A stretch of DNA of 56,339 bases, the filler included, from Dugesia japonica (taxonomy: Eukaryota), in assembly GCA_001938525.1 (NCBI GenBank). It is 6 parts of 6 records of this genome, joined end to end, with 100 filler letters (N's around TTAATTAATTAA, not from the genome) between each part and the next. Parts side by side here need not be neighbours in the genome. Positions count along the whole stretch, not along the records: positions 1 to 9,349 come from MQRL01621630.1; positions 9,450 to 18,002 come from MQRL01617745.1; 4 more parts are not named here. One strand, given 5' to 3'. A model generated the notes under the pieces. That model ran no database searches and was not told the DNA's origin. It saw nothing but the letters and a program-made list of their open reading frames with translations. The position numbers and the translations under genes were made by a program. Positions 1-12,044 of this stretch are shown in pieces (position 1 is the first letter of the stretch; the number at the start of each line of letters is the position of its first letter).

Positions 1-83
1 CAAACTTATCGCCTCTTCCTACCAATCTTCAGCAAATTGAATAAATTTTAGTTTTTAACAATTATATTAAAACAATTTTGTTC

Positions 84-340
84 ATGTGATTATATATAAT
101 TATATATGATTATATATGAATATGACATTATATATGGTTATATGAGAAAATATATAATCACATATATTCATTTATAATCATATTTCTATATAGTCATATA
201 TAATCATATGAATATATGATTATATATGAATATGTTAGTATATATGAATATATGATTATATATGAATATGTTAGTATATATGAATATATGATTATATGAT
301 TAAATGTGATCATATATAATTATCTATATTATTCATATGT
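84..340. repeat. Degenerate AT-rich minisatellite (about 36-bp unit built from atatatgaat/atatatgatt motifs)
   Basis: atatatgattatatatgaatatgttagtatatatga recurs near-perfectly at about 200-290, with degenerate copies on both sides. Confidence 0.8.
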
Positions 341-720
341 AATAATTTTATGCACTGAAATTAAATTGAAAATAAATGTTATTTTTAAATTGCCAAGATA
401 TAGTTTTTTTTTTGATTTTATGAAATAATTTGAATTAAAACAGTGAATTTATCAATAAATATAAATTAAATATTATCCGAATTAAACAAATTTAATTGGA
501 ATTATTTATTACAAAACGTCGAAACTGTAAAAAAGTTTTGAATTATAAAAAAATATCCGGATCATTCGAATTTGGATTAGGCCAACTCGATTGTGTCTTG
601 GTATTTTGTTTTTTTTTATAAAAATTCGCGTGATTTGTTCAATTTTGTTGGGTTTCAAATAAGTTTCTATTAATTTTTTAATAAGTGTTAAGAAAACATT
701 TTACAAAATTTAAATGTGAA

Positions 721-2378
721 TTAAAATACCGCTTTATATCCAGATGGAGAATGGATATCACAAAAGCATTTTTTTTCTTATTCAATCAGCAGCACCGCTG
801 ATATTTTCATTTTGTTCTATTTTCATATATTAGGTGTGTGCATTAATTTTAAAGGTCATGCAGTTGATTATGTAATACGCAGTATATGACATGTGGCAGA
901 TTTTTTGTGTGTCCCTCGTGATTTCCAATTACCGAATTATACTAATCAATAATTTTGATTTAAAAATACTCATAAAATATAGCAAAAAAACTGTCTACAT
1001 TTGTCCCAACAAAACGCCATTTACGGGAAGCTTAGCTTTTTGGCTTCCATTTGCAAAATGCGCAGCGGAATGTCACCCAATGCTGTCAGAAGCCTATAAC
1101 GAATATAGCCTATCGATTTCAATATGCGAATACTGGTATCACCGCTTTAGAAGTGGTGATTTTGATAAGGAGGATAGGATACGTCCGGGACAACCTACGA
1201 AAGTGAATGATATGGAATTGGAGGCTTTAGTCTATCAATACCCAACTGCAGCGCAGGAAGAACTTGCGAAATCATTAGATGTCAGTTGAAGCACAATTTC
1301 TAGACGCCTGAAGTTAATTGGAATGATACAAAAACAAGAAAATTGGCTACCCTATGAATTGAAGTCCAGAGACGTTGAAAGGCATAAATTCATGTGTGAA
1401 TTGCTGCTTCAAAAGCATCAAAGGAAAAACATTTTACATCGTATCCTCACAGGGCACGAAAATGGATACGATTTGACAACCCGAAGCGCAGAAAATCATT
1501 GTGCAGACCGGGAGAACCATCAAAGTCCATTGCCAAACTAAATATCTATGATGCCAAACTAATGTTGTGTATTTGATGGGATCAGCTTGGGATCGTGTAT
1601 AACGAACTGCTCAAACCCAATGAAACTATCACTTCAGAAGTCTAGAAACACCAAATAGAACAACTGAGTCAAGATTTACAGGTTAAAGACCAGATTATAA
1701 AGGAAGACACGACAAGGTTATTTTATTGCATGACAACGCACCCGCTATATTTCCCAGATATTGCTCATTCGGATTTTTACCTCTTCTGATCGAGGACCTA
1801 TGCCATGTTTGATCAGTGTTTTCATTCTTATGAGAATACCAAAAAATGTGTGGGTTTCTGGATAGCCTCAAAAGATGCTTCCTTCTTTCGACGTGGAATC
1901 CTATTTTTACTGGAAAGATGTGAGAAAGTAGTGTCCAGCAATGGTCAATATTTTTAATCAACAATTTGTATCCATATCTTATAATAAAGCTGTTTTTCTC
2001 GACTTTTCTTTTTGTAAAACTTTGTAGAAAATACCTTTAAAATAATTGCACACACCTAATATAAATCGGATTGTTGAGCACAAGTAACATGGAATGTTTA
2101 GCAATTGATTTTATGGCACTCTGAATGCAGGCTCCAAAGATGTTCTGTTTACATAAATAATATGCCAGTTTCCATCTATTATTTTCAACAATTTCATTAT
2201 TTTACCAAGCAGTCTTAAATTTGTCAACATTTTCAAAAGGCTCGAGAAATATAAGATTCGCAAACATTATTTCTGGAATCCATAATACACAAACTACATG
2301 AGCCTAACGATTGGTTGGTTTAAAAGCACCACCTTTATTTGGACACAAGCAACAATCAACCGGGTGACTTTTACATGC
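721..2378 (-). pseudogene. BRPF1: BRPF1/BRD1 (peregrin)-family PZP/ePHD-finger pseudo-exon, interrupted by a mariner
   Basis: Minus strand reads [40 protein letters not shown]...RWKLAYYLCKQ..GACIQ/CHKINC*TFHVTCAQQSDL, then beyond the mariner YMKIE...IRK/NAFCDIHSP. This follows the BRPF ePHD pattern (DC.LCPNKGGAFK, WAHVVCALWIPEV, GACIQCHK.NC..FHVTCAQQAGLYMK, CDIHTP). Contains stops and frameshifts. Confidence 0.88.
830..2059 (+). mobile_element. Full-length mariner transposon with decayed transposase
   Basis: TIRs ttaggtgtgtgcattaattttaaagg (from 830) and cctttaaaataattgcacacacctaa (to 2059), with TA duplication at 828-829 and 2060-2061. Transposase motifs AAECH..LSEAY, RFRSGDFD.ED..RPGQP, QEELAKSL, WLPYEL, LHRILTGHE(KW), LLHDNA; broken by stops and frameshifts. 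Confidence 0.95.
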
Positions 2379-2789
2379 AACCAAGAGAATTTCAAGCGTC
2401 ACTATTCGTGACTTGTTAATAGGCTTAAATGTGCCTATTACTTCACAGAAAACTTGCGTGTAACAGTTGAAGAACAGTTGAATCAACTAGGAGTTACAAT
2501 TTGGATAGTTATATAATGTAAAGGAATTATTTGATCTGTCTTATCCATACAACTGGTACAGATAGCCTGTATATTGACCTCATGATACGATCAGTATTAA
2601 CCGTTGCCACCATATTAGAAAAAGAGCATACGTGCTCATTCAGTAAAAGATCCGTCGTGATTTAAAATATTTATTTCAAAACAATTTAGAAATTCCACCT
2701 TTAGATAACTGTTTCTATTTGATTNNNNNNNNNNNNNNNNNNNNNNNNNNNNNNNNNNNNNNNNNNNNNNNNNNNNNNNNNNNNNNNNN

Positions 2790-2856
<67 letters not shown>
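2790..2856. repeat. (TTA)n microsatellite next to an assembly gap
   Basis: Pure TAT/TTA run. Similar runs flank gaps at about 3600-3790, 16310-16352, 37523-37587, 41884-41943 and 42398-42449. Confidence 0.95.
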
Positions 2857-5189
2857 TATATTTCTTAATGATATAAAATTAGAAAATCGGGAAATTTAAT
2901 TAAATTTATAAATTCAATTTGTATCTTAATGTTTTATACCCAAAATCGAATTTCTGTCGAGAAACGTGAATTTGTGAAGGCTTTAACTTTTTGACTCGTT
3001 CGTGTAAGAGATATTGAAAGGAAGCACTTGAACCAACGTGAAATCGTCATGAAATTGAACATATTAAAAACGTATGTGCTATATTAAAACTGAAGTTTTA
3101 TCGAAGAATAAAGTACAATTTTCTCACTCCACAACGTCAAATAATGCGTACGAAAAGTATCATTGCACTGACTGAAATGGATGCTTTGAAGAAAGTAAAG
3201 TTTTCATTATATCCTTCTTTGAATTCTCAAAATGGCAGAATTAGCCGTGAGGTAAATGTGAAAACTAGGACGATTTTTTGCTACTTTTTTATTATAAATG
3301 CTACTCTACTTTATAGCGTCAATATATTAAAATAAAATAATTTTAGATATAAATTATATTTTGTTGTTCGACGCCTACTTTAGTTAGTTTAGCTAAAATT
3401 TTTTGATGTGTTTTAACGAATAAACAAACGTGATAATTAAATTTCTTCAAAAAATAGAACCATTTTTAAAAAATTCACTGAAAATAACACGATTTTTTTA
3501 ATTTATTTTTAACAATTTACCACCACTTTTAAAAAACATTTAGTATATGGTGTTATGCGCTACTATCTACCTATTTATTATTATTATTATGAATATTATA
3601 ATTGTTATTATTATTTATTATAATTAATATTATTATTGTTATTATTATTATCATTTTATTATTATCGATTATTATTATTTATTATTATTATTGAGTATTA
3701 NNNNNNNNNNNNNNNNNNNNNNNNNNNNNNNNNNNNNNNNNNNNNNNNNNNNNNNNNNNNNNNNNNNNNATTATTTATTATTAATATTTATTATTATTGT
3801 TGGGCTTCAAGGTTTTTGATATTATTACTTCACTCTGATGGATACTTTTTATCTTCCTCTAACTTTTCTTCTGGACATAGTTTTCCTTAGGATTAATATC
3901 TTCTAGGGTATATACCTCGAAGCCTGCAGAAATTTGACAGCGCTTCGAGCCTTGTTGCATCTACCTCGAATCCATGTGGGACTATGGGGTATCCCGCCTT
4001 ATTGTTTCAATTTCGATGTTGGCCGCAGTTCCTTCAAGTCAACTCAAATATCCCATGTTGAATTTAAGCTTCTTTAAATTAAACACACAACTTTGCTGAT
4101 GTTATTCAAGTTTTATTTACAATAAAGAGTCGCCTATCAATTATCGAGATCGATTATTTCCTTGCCGCTGCTTCTATTATTTTTTGTCTCTGTCTTTGAC
4201 AATTTACTGAGAATTTGGACTGTCAATATCAAGGCACTATCTTTATCGGCATAAGATTTGATATTGCCAGTCATTGGTCGAGTGATTTGAGAGAGTGCCA
4301 AGTCACATTCCTTCAGTCTGGTGTTTCCGTTTCGTAGGCGAGCATTTCTCCTTTGAAGTTTCGATATCTCAGCTTACATTCTCTTAAGTACTGCAAACCA
4401 CTTCTTCAACTCTGCCAGCGAGCCTTCTATTGTTGCATTATTAATATTAGACACTGAATGAAAGATGTATTGTTAATATTTGACTCTGAATGGTGATTAG
4501 TTTAAATATTTTTATTGTGATTTTTGACAATACAAATTTCGTTTAAAACAGTCTTTATTTCTTGTGTTGTGTGCTCATAATAATCTGTCAGAGAATAATT
4601 CCATGAAATTTGAACATCATATTTCAAATTAATATTATAGAGTTCGATTACTACTACTACTCTCATCCAGNNNNNNNNNNNNNNNCAGGAGTATTGTCTC
4701 CACTTTTGTTGTTAATTGCTTCGACTGTCTATGAACCTCTTCAGCTTCTAACTGAGTCACTCATACTAATGAGCAATTTACTTTATTGTTTCAATATCTC
4801 TGTTGTTCTGATGTAAAGATTAATGAGCTATGTTTCTCATTCATCACACTGCTGTATGATTTTGGCAAGCCGTAGTTTGAGATGATTCTCCTGTTGCTCT
4901 ATTCTTTCTTGTGGCTAGTTCAGTCTGTGTAACCTCTCTTCTTGTTATTGTTCTTGTGATGCTATCTTTGCTTTTAATGTTGTTATTTCGTTGTCTTTAA
5001 GTCTAAGTCTATCCTGGATGATCCACCAGGGTTCTATATTCGTTTCTTCTGTCCCTAGTAAATCCCAGAGAACTGGTATATTGTTTGCCGGCTCATCCTA
5101 CTCAAGTGATTTTTTATGCGTTGGTCCTCATAATCATATGCGACATCTACAAAATAAAAGGGTAATCCTGATAGTTAATTAAAGCATAT

Positions 5190-6225
5190 TAATATTTAAT
5201 CACTATTATTGATTTCATCAGTTAGTTTAATTAATATTATTTGATGATTGGTATGATGGTACAAGTTGATTTTATTTTACTTATAAATGAATTATCTGAA
5301 CAGATACCCGAATCACTTATCATCCCCAATGAAGTTGAAAGTTCTACACTGTGAGCTTTATATACTTTGTTTCCATCATTACTTTATCATTGCTACACAA
5401 AGTGTATCGAGAATCCAACTCCTTTTACAATGATCAATGGTCCGTCTGCTATGCTACTTGATAAAACTACTAAAATATCAATTCATTAGTTATTCATAAT
5501 GAGATTAGGTAATAATACAGAAATACTGATATCAAATAAAGTAAATAATATTATACAAAGTCGATGAAACATATACCAACTCATGCGTCCGCATTCTTAT
5601 CTCATTGTTCATTAATTAGCAACAGAGTAAATTCAATTTGAAATTTCAACATTCCCATTGCAATTACTTTTATTTTTATTTTTATGCTCATCAATATTAC
5701 TACCACCACCAAACCGATTATGCTCTTGAACCCTTGTACAGAGATGACGGACAGTCTCTCAAATGTATGTGGCATCACACCCATTGCATTTAAATTGATA
5801 AACAAGGTTAGAACACAAACCAATTGGTGTATGGGATTTATTAACAAAGCTATTAACAATCTTATGAGAAGTAGAGACAATTTTCAATAAAGGAAAATCC
5901 TTAGCACCTTTGAGAATCGAATTATTAAACTTTTTAAAACCTTCAGAATGAGGAATCGAAAAAACAAATGGCCCAATACAATTTGATACAGTGTTATCAG
6001 GATAAGAATTTTTCAATACAGTTTCAGTCTTTTTAACTAAATCAATATTATTACCACCCAATATTTTTTCAATTGTTTGCGAAGTTAATGAATTTAGAAA
6101 TTGTTTATTGTATCCATTTGCATGCAGTAACTTTAATAAATGTTCAATGCTTTTAATGGATTTTGAATAAGTTGAGGACAACGACCAAGATCGAAATACT
6201 AAACTCTTTATCATGTTCTATTATT
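5190..6225 (-). mobile_element. Penelope-like retroelement, 3' portion (RT thumb, linker, GIY-YIG endonuclease), decayed
   Basis: ORF 5759-6214: IKSLVFRSWSLSS...LHANGY (RT C-terminal domain), FSIPHSEG, then NLVYQFKCNGCDATYI*ETVRHLCTRVQEH, matching the PLE GIY-YIG signature VY...C..C...YIGET.R.L..R..EH. Confidence 0.9.
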
Positions 6226-6979
6226 TTTTTTATCTATTATTTCATATTAACAATTTATCGAATTTTTAGGGTAGAGAATCTCGTGGCGTGGTATCTGATA
6301 TACAACGATCATCACAGTCGGTTTGGCCAGCTTCTAACGAACATTGCCTCAGTATCCTTCAAATGATGATCAACAATTTGTAATGTTATAATAAATTATA
6401 AATAAATAATTACTTTTCTCCCGGAATTGCTATCGTTAAAGTTTAATATAAAAATGCTACTTGTGATTTTTAACAATAAATCAACAAGAGCTAAAATTGA
6501 ATTTTTTAATACTGAAAAATTTAATTTTTAGCTTTCCTTTTATACCTCACTGTATCGTCAAATTCTGACAGATACAGTGGGTGTTCACTTCACATTTTCT
6601 ATAATTCTAATGAATTGTACAGTGCTCACCTGTAGATTCTACAAAAATGTCTAAATATGGACATGAATTTTTAGTGTGTTTAGCTCACAGATACGGTACG
6701 TTTTTGTGGCATATGTTCTGACTTATTATTTCTGAAATTTTTTCAAGTAAAACGGCGTAAAATAATATTTTTGTGGAAAAATAATAATTTTTCCAAAACT
6801 TGTAAGAGTTTTATAAATAACGATTACAACAAGTTCACATGTAAATATGAAAATATCAATACTAAATTCTTATATAAAATCATTAGACTTTCTTATGCAT
6901 ATAACGTTGCTATTTTAATTCCTCCCTATTCACTATAAATAATAATATTTATTGAATAATAATAATTTTCATTTAAAAT

Positions 6980-7435
6980 AAAAGTTTCGATCAAAATTTT
7001 TGTTTTTTTATTGATATTTGATAGCAATTCGATATTTCGGATTAATCTTCTTCAGGAATTGACTTTTTAATTTATTCAATATTTATTCTTATAATAGTAA
7101 TTTTCTTTGGATAAATTTATTTTTACTAAATTTTAATTGGTTAATTTTAATTTTAATTTAAATTGAATTATTATAAATTACATTTATTTTAGGATTGTTT
7201 TCTTTAATTTGTAATTCTTCATGTTTTTTTAATGTAGAAATGTAGCCTGTTCCTAGTGTTTTCCATGTAATGTGATGTTGTTCTGGTGAAATTTTATGCT
7301 TGTGTTGAAAGTGTTTGAGTACTTCACTTTCTTTGTTTCAAATGTTCCTTAATTCTTGTTCGGATGGTTCTGCATGTTTCTTTACAAATGATGCATGTTA
7401 TTTTATAAGTGACCTATTTCATATTGCATATATTT
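6980..7435 (-). mobile_element. Penelope-like element fragment of a second family: GIY-YIG C-terminus plus pseudo-LTR with hammerhead
   Basis: Minus strand VTYKITCIICKE..CRTIRTRIKEHL..ESEVLKHFQHKH...WKTLG...EELQIK, followed by a hammerhead motif and a 5' region shared with 9180-9290. Confidence 0.8.
7025..7061 (-). ncRNA. Minimal type I hammerhead ribozyme, degenerate stem II
   Basis: Minus strand caattc-CTGAAGA-agattaatcc-GAAA-tatc-gaattg. Helix I is caattc/gaattg and both core boxes are intact. Confidence 0.65.
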
Positions 7436-8029
7436 CAACCATCACAAATGCATTTGTGATGGTAAAAGTATAAGCAAAAAACCTTTGATAGTAGTTTTTA
7501 AATAATTTTTAAAAATGATTGTTTTTAACTCTCAGTCGAATTGTGCAAGTGTAAAATTTAAAAAATTCAAAATGGCGTCTGTCCGTTTTCAAACTTTAAT
7601 AGCTTTTTACGGTTACGTCAAATAAAACTATTACAAGCACTATTTTTTTTGTCATGTAACTTCGCGTCTAACTATATAAAGTTTGACACAGTAGCATATT
7701 TTTACTTGACTCTGTTTTTAAAAAACCATATTCATTTGTTCCGATTTTTCATAGTGAAGGAAAGATTTTACGATACAAGTTTGTGAAACAATCCTATCTT
7801 ACTTTTTTAATTGTCTATATTAAAAAAATGCCCTATAATGTGAAAACCATCCGTAAATAATATTGGTGATGGGGTGTTTTTATTATTGAAATGTGATTTT
7901 CATAAGGAAAAAAGCATTTTTTGACACAAATACTTTTGGTGATGTATAAACAGTTTTTAATTCTCTATCTAATAGTATAAATTTCAAAGCTCTTTTTTAA
8001 ACATTTTGCCTGTTTTTATTTTCAATCTA

Positions 8030-8350
8030 TAGAAAATATAAGTTTAGAAACAGTAACCGCAATTATAGTGATAGATCAGCTATGTGATGCTTCTAATTAC
8101 GAAAAGGACCACGCTATTTATAGTAACAACTTGAATTCAGTTATCGGGATATTCAAAGACGAAAATAAAGAGAAGTATCGAGAATGGATATTTTCAGGCC
8201 GAAATTATAGAATTTCGGTAATAAGAACATCGCGCAAGCAAAAGTCATAACAGTAAAAACAGAGATTTCTCATCAGTCGTACCTTGACTGCTAATTGAGA
8301 ATAAGTCTGTCCTGGTCAAACAATTTAGGTTTCCTTCAATGGTCAATCGA
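8030..8350 (+). pseudogene. Maverick/Polinton protein-primed DNA polymerase B, C-terminal fragment
   Basis: DASNYEKDHAIYSNNLNSVIGIFKDE...RKQK/AKVI...ISHQSYLDC resembles the pPolB C-terminal pattern D.S.Y..DH..YS..N..V.G.FKDE...AKG....H..Y..C. Confidence 0.75.
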
Positions 8351-8649
8351 AATAATAGTTTCGTTGATTTGTAGAAATAATGAGAAATATACAAATTTTA
8401 TGGGATATTACTGGGTTATTCATCAGCAGATTTTGTGCTCCATGAGACTTGATACTCACAATGTTATTGAAATAGCTTTTATAATAGTTAACTCAGTAGG
8501 TAGATAGTAGCGCACTGTATCATTGAGTCATCGAGCTCACCCCTCGCGACAAATCATAGTGATATATGAATTTTGATATACTAGTTATCGTAGATTTTTT
8601 TTTAATATTTTTGAGATCAAAATGTTTTGATCGGAATCAGAAAGTTTCG

Positions 8650-9349
8650 ATCTTTGGGGTGTAGAGTGGAGGAATTTGGATTTTTAAAATTTGTGTGTTT
8701 TGAAAGTTGTTGTGTGTTAATGGAAATAAGTTAGGTGGATATGGTGTGTGTGAGTCTGTGTAAGAGTGTGAGTGAGTGTGAAAGTGCACTCGATTGTATT
8801 GTGCAGTTATTGATTTTCACATTTTAGGGGTTTTATGATATGGGTGTGTTGGGATTAAAATATTGTCTATATTGTCTAAAGGACATATGGGGTGGGATGT
8901 GTCGTTTAGTCTACAGGGGTGGTAGCGCACTTTATCACGCAATGTGTTATCGCGCGTTTTATTTTTTGGGGAGTATAGGTTTGTGGGTATTTGATGGATT
9001 TTTGTGGGTGATGGTTAGTAGGATAGGTAATGTAATGGAAAATATGCTGGTGATGGGATGGAGGAAGATTGATGATTTTTTTAATCGATAATTTGATTGG
9101 TTAATTTTTGTAAGTAGTATAAAGTGTTTTACAATTGCAATTATTGCGAGAATAATTGTTGGACATAACCATTGATTGTTTTATAGAATTCATTTAATAT
9201 AAAAGCTTTGATCAAAATTTAGGTTTTAATTATTGATTTTGGATAGCAATTCGATATTTCGACCTTGTCTTCATCAGGAATTGACTTTTTTTGAAAAAGT
9301 TGAAATTGAAAAAGTCAAAAAATTCTTGAATTGAAAAAGTCAATTCCTG
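8650..9349 (-). mobile_element. Penelope-like pseudo-LTR/5' region with hammerhead and the start of an inverted copy
   Basis: 9180-9290 is homologous to 6980-7070. The sequence aaaagtcaattcctg at 9335-9349 (+) is the inverted copy of the ribozyme 5' arm and runs into the gap. Confidence 0.65.
9247..9283 (-). ncRNA. Minimal type I hammerhead ribozyme (Penelope-associated)
   Basis: Minus strand caattc-CTGATGA-a-gac(aag)gtc-GAAA-tatc-gaattg: 6-bp helix I, CUGAUGA and GAAA boxes, 3-bp helix II, and an AUC cleavage triplet with a palindromic AUAU in place of helix III. Confidence 0.8.
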
Positions 9350-9449
9350 NNNNNNNNNNNNNNNNNNNNNNNNNNNNNNNNNNNNNNNNNNNNTTAATTA
9401 ATTAANNNNNNNNNNNNNNNNNNNNNNNNNNNNNNNNNNNNNNNNNNNN
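9350..9449. other. Artificial contig-joining spacer (44N-TTAATTAATTAA-44N)
   Basis: Identical 100-bp structure at five places; the 12-mer places stop codons in all six frames. Confidence 0.97.
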
Positions 9450-11515
9450 ATCTGTTTTCTGTTAATTGGTAAACAGTTTAGGTGTAACTGGTCATACGCG
9501 GTCATTGTTTGCCCAACCGTACTTAAACTTGTTGGATCATCATTTTTTTGACCTAGTTGTTCAAATAAAAAGCATGATCTAATTCGAATTTTTGAAACTT
9601 TTTCTATTCAAATCGTAATGAAACATACATTATTTGATAGAGAAACTTTAGCCAATCGAGAAAAACATCATTTAAAATCATCAAACTTAATTTTGACAAA
9701 GAAAATGTGAATAAACATGTTAACAAATACCAAGGATGATAAACAGATACAAATAAAAAATTATTTTTTATAATTTTCATCAAAACTTATTGATCCAAGT
9801 ACTATTAGATAGTCATTCTTTTACTGATCAAGAATATATACAGTAGAAATTTTTCAAATTAAATTAGTTTTAATAAAAGTTAAAAGGTTTTAATTCGCTA
9901 TAATTAATTAAAAATAAAACGTATCTCAAATTTAACTATAAACCAATCTATTTGATAAAGAATTTTACATTGATTCCAAATATGTAAACCTAAAATAGTG
10001 AAACATTATAGATAAAAAGTTATATTGAAAAAACAAATACTTAATTTAAGAGTCCCCAAGGAACAGAAAATATTTTAATAATTTACTCAAAAATGTCAAA
10101 TTTGAGTAGTTGTTTAGATGAATTTAGATGAAATTTTACTCTTTACCCAGCTTCAGTTATCAGAACTCTGTGCACAAGTGTTCAGACCTCAGAACTCTAC
10201 CCTCTGTACACAAGATTTCAGTTATCAGTGTTCTGCTTACAGTATACTGATTTTTAATTATCAATCCTATTCTCACTCTTTGCCTGTCTCTACTCTTGAC
10301 TAGTGGATAATGTACTGTTTAATTAATATTTAATTGATTAATTTGGTCTATATTTTAAATTTGAAATTAAATTAGATTTCTGGTGTATTTTAAGTCGTAA
10401 TCTATTTTTATCGAAAAATCTAATTAAAGTTTAATTTATAATATAAATGTCTTATTAAGATTGGTTCATTGAAATAATTTATAAATATTTTTTGAAAATA
10501 ATCCATATATTTGATTGAATAATTTAAGTATGATGAATATATTAATTTTTAATGTGTAATTTGATTTTTGTGGGTAAATTGAATTATGTTTTGAATAAAT
10601 ATTTTAAAAGGTAATTTAGAAAATAAATTAGAATTTCTATTCGTTAAATTAAAATTATAAAAGAAAATTTGTATTAGGTTTTGAAATAATTTCTAAACAT
10701 TTATTGGAAATAACCCGTATAATTGATTGAATGGATTAAGTATGATAGTTTGATTAATTTTCAAATTAATTGTCAGTAAAAGTATACAAAACTTGAATTT
10801 TAAGTGTAAAATACAATAATTTTAGACATTTTTATAATAAGTGAAAATTTAAGTTTTTTCATAAATAGATTATATTATACTAAATATATTAATTTTATTT
10901 GTAATAAGTATGAATTTCCATTCTCATTTCACCACATTTATACGCTTATTTATTTACACAAATGAAATCAAATTAATTCTACTGCATTAATTGAGCAAAT
11001 ATTTAAACAAATAAATTATGTATCAAAATGAATGCATAGTTTATTCGAGTATACACAATATTAATTATTATATTTATTTTAATTATCATTATTTAATTAA
11101 ATACCTAAATATATTTAATGGTTATCCATAATAATAATTATTACCGGAATAAATAAATCGTAATTATTACAGTTACATAGAAAACATAATATTAATATAA
11201 TACTATCAATTATTTGTTATGATTAATTGAAATGATAAAATAATTTTATGTAATATTTTAAACAAAATATCAACTGTTATTTATAACTCTTAAATAAAAT
11301 ACTTTCCTCATTGACATGAATGTAAAATCACTTACAGTATGTCATTAAAGAATAAAATATGAAATTCAATGTTTTTTCCTAAATAAAGGAACATCAATTT
11401 TGATCTTGGCTTGTTAAAATAAAATAAAAAATTTGTCGTTGAAAACGAGTTTATTCAATTTTATAAATTGTTGGATTTAATTATTGATTGCATTTGAGAT
11501 TACATTAAAATAAAT

Positions 11516-11664
11516 TTACCTATTGCAACATCATGTATTAACAATATAAAAATTAATATACGCGATGATAACTGAAAATTAATCAAGTTTCCAAAAGATT
11601 CAAAAACCCATTTTACATTTTAGAAAACTAAATAATGAATCCTATAATTTTTTCAATGTATAGA
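11516..11664 (+). pseudogene. Maverick/Polinton minor capsid (penton) C-terminus
   Basis: LPIATSCINNIKINIRDDN*KLIKFP...ILHFRK matches the penton end pattern P....I..I.I.I.D..G..I.F....LHFR. Confidence 0.7.
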
Positions 11665-11859
11665 ACTAGTCAAGCAGATGCAGAATTACCTTACTTTATT
11701 GGAAAACAGTATGGATATGGTTGGTTGAGAACAATAGGGAGATTTGCTTTACCTATTCTTAAACGTATTGGCTCTTTTGGTATGAAAATAGCTCATGGTG
11801 TACTAGCTAATAATAGAACAATATTACACACATTGAAATCTAATGCATTACCAGTATGA
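11635..11859 (+). pseudogene. Maverick/adintovirus core or membrane-active protein, truncated
   Basis: KQYGYGWLRTIGRFALPILKRIGSFG: a Q.G.G motif followed by an amphipathic helix, lying between penton and major capsid as is typical for this gene. Confidence 0.75.
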
Positions 11860-12044
11860 TCTCTAAAGTAGCAAACATATCACCGCAAAGTATAACTAAT
11901 AAAATACCATCTGAAATAACTGATATGTTATCAAATCAAGTGAAAACACCACAAAAAAGTATAAAACATAAGAAATATCATTGATCACGTATAATCAAAC
12001 GAATGAGAAATCATGGAACCATATTTGAAAAATTATTTGGGGTA

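Noticed and set aside
5190-5230. Additional hammerhead (CTGATGA-aatca..tgatt-aaatat, minus strand) at the end of the first Penelope
   Set aside because: The GAAA box lacks its G and helix I cannot close; at best a dead relic.
6548-6580. Hairpin cactgtatc-gtca...tgac-agatacagtg as a structured RNA
   Set aside because: Isolated short hairpin with no second copy or known motif; probably part of a non-autonomous DNA transposon.
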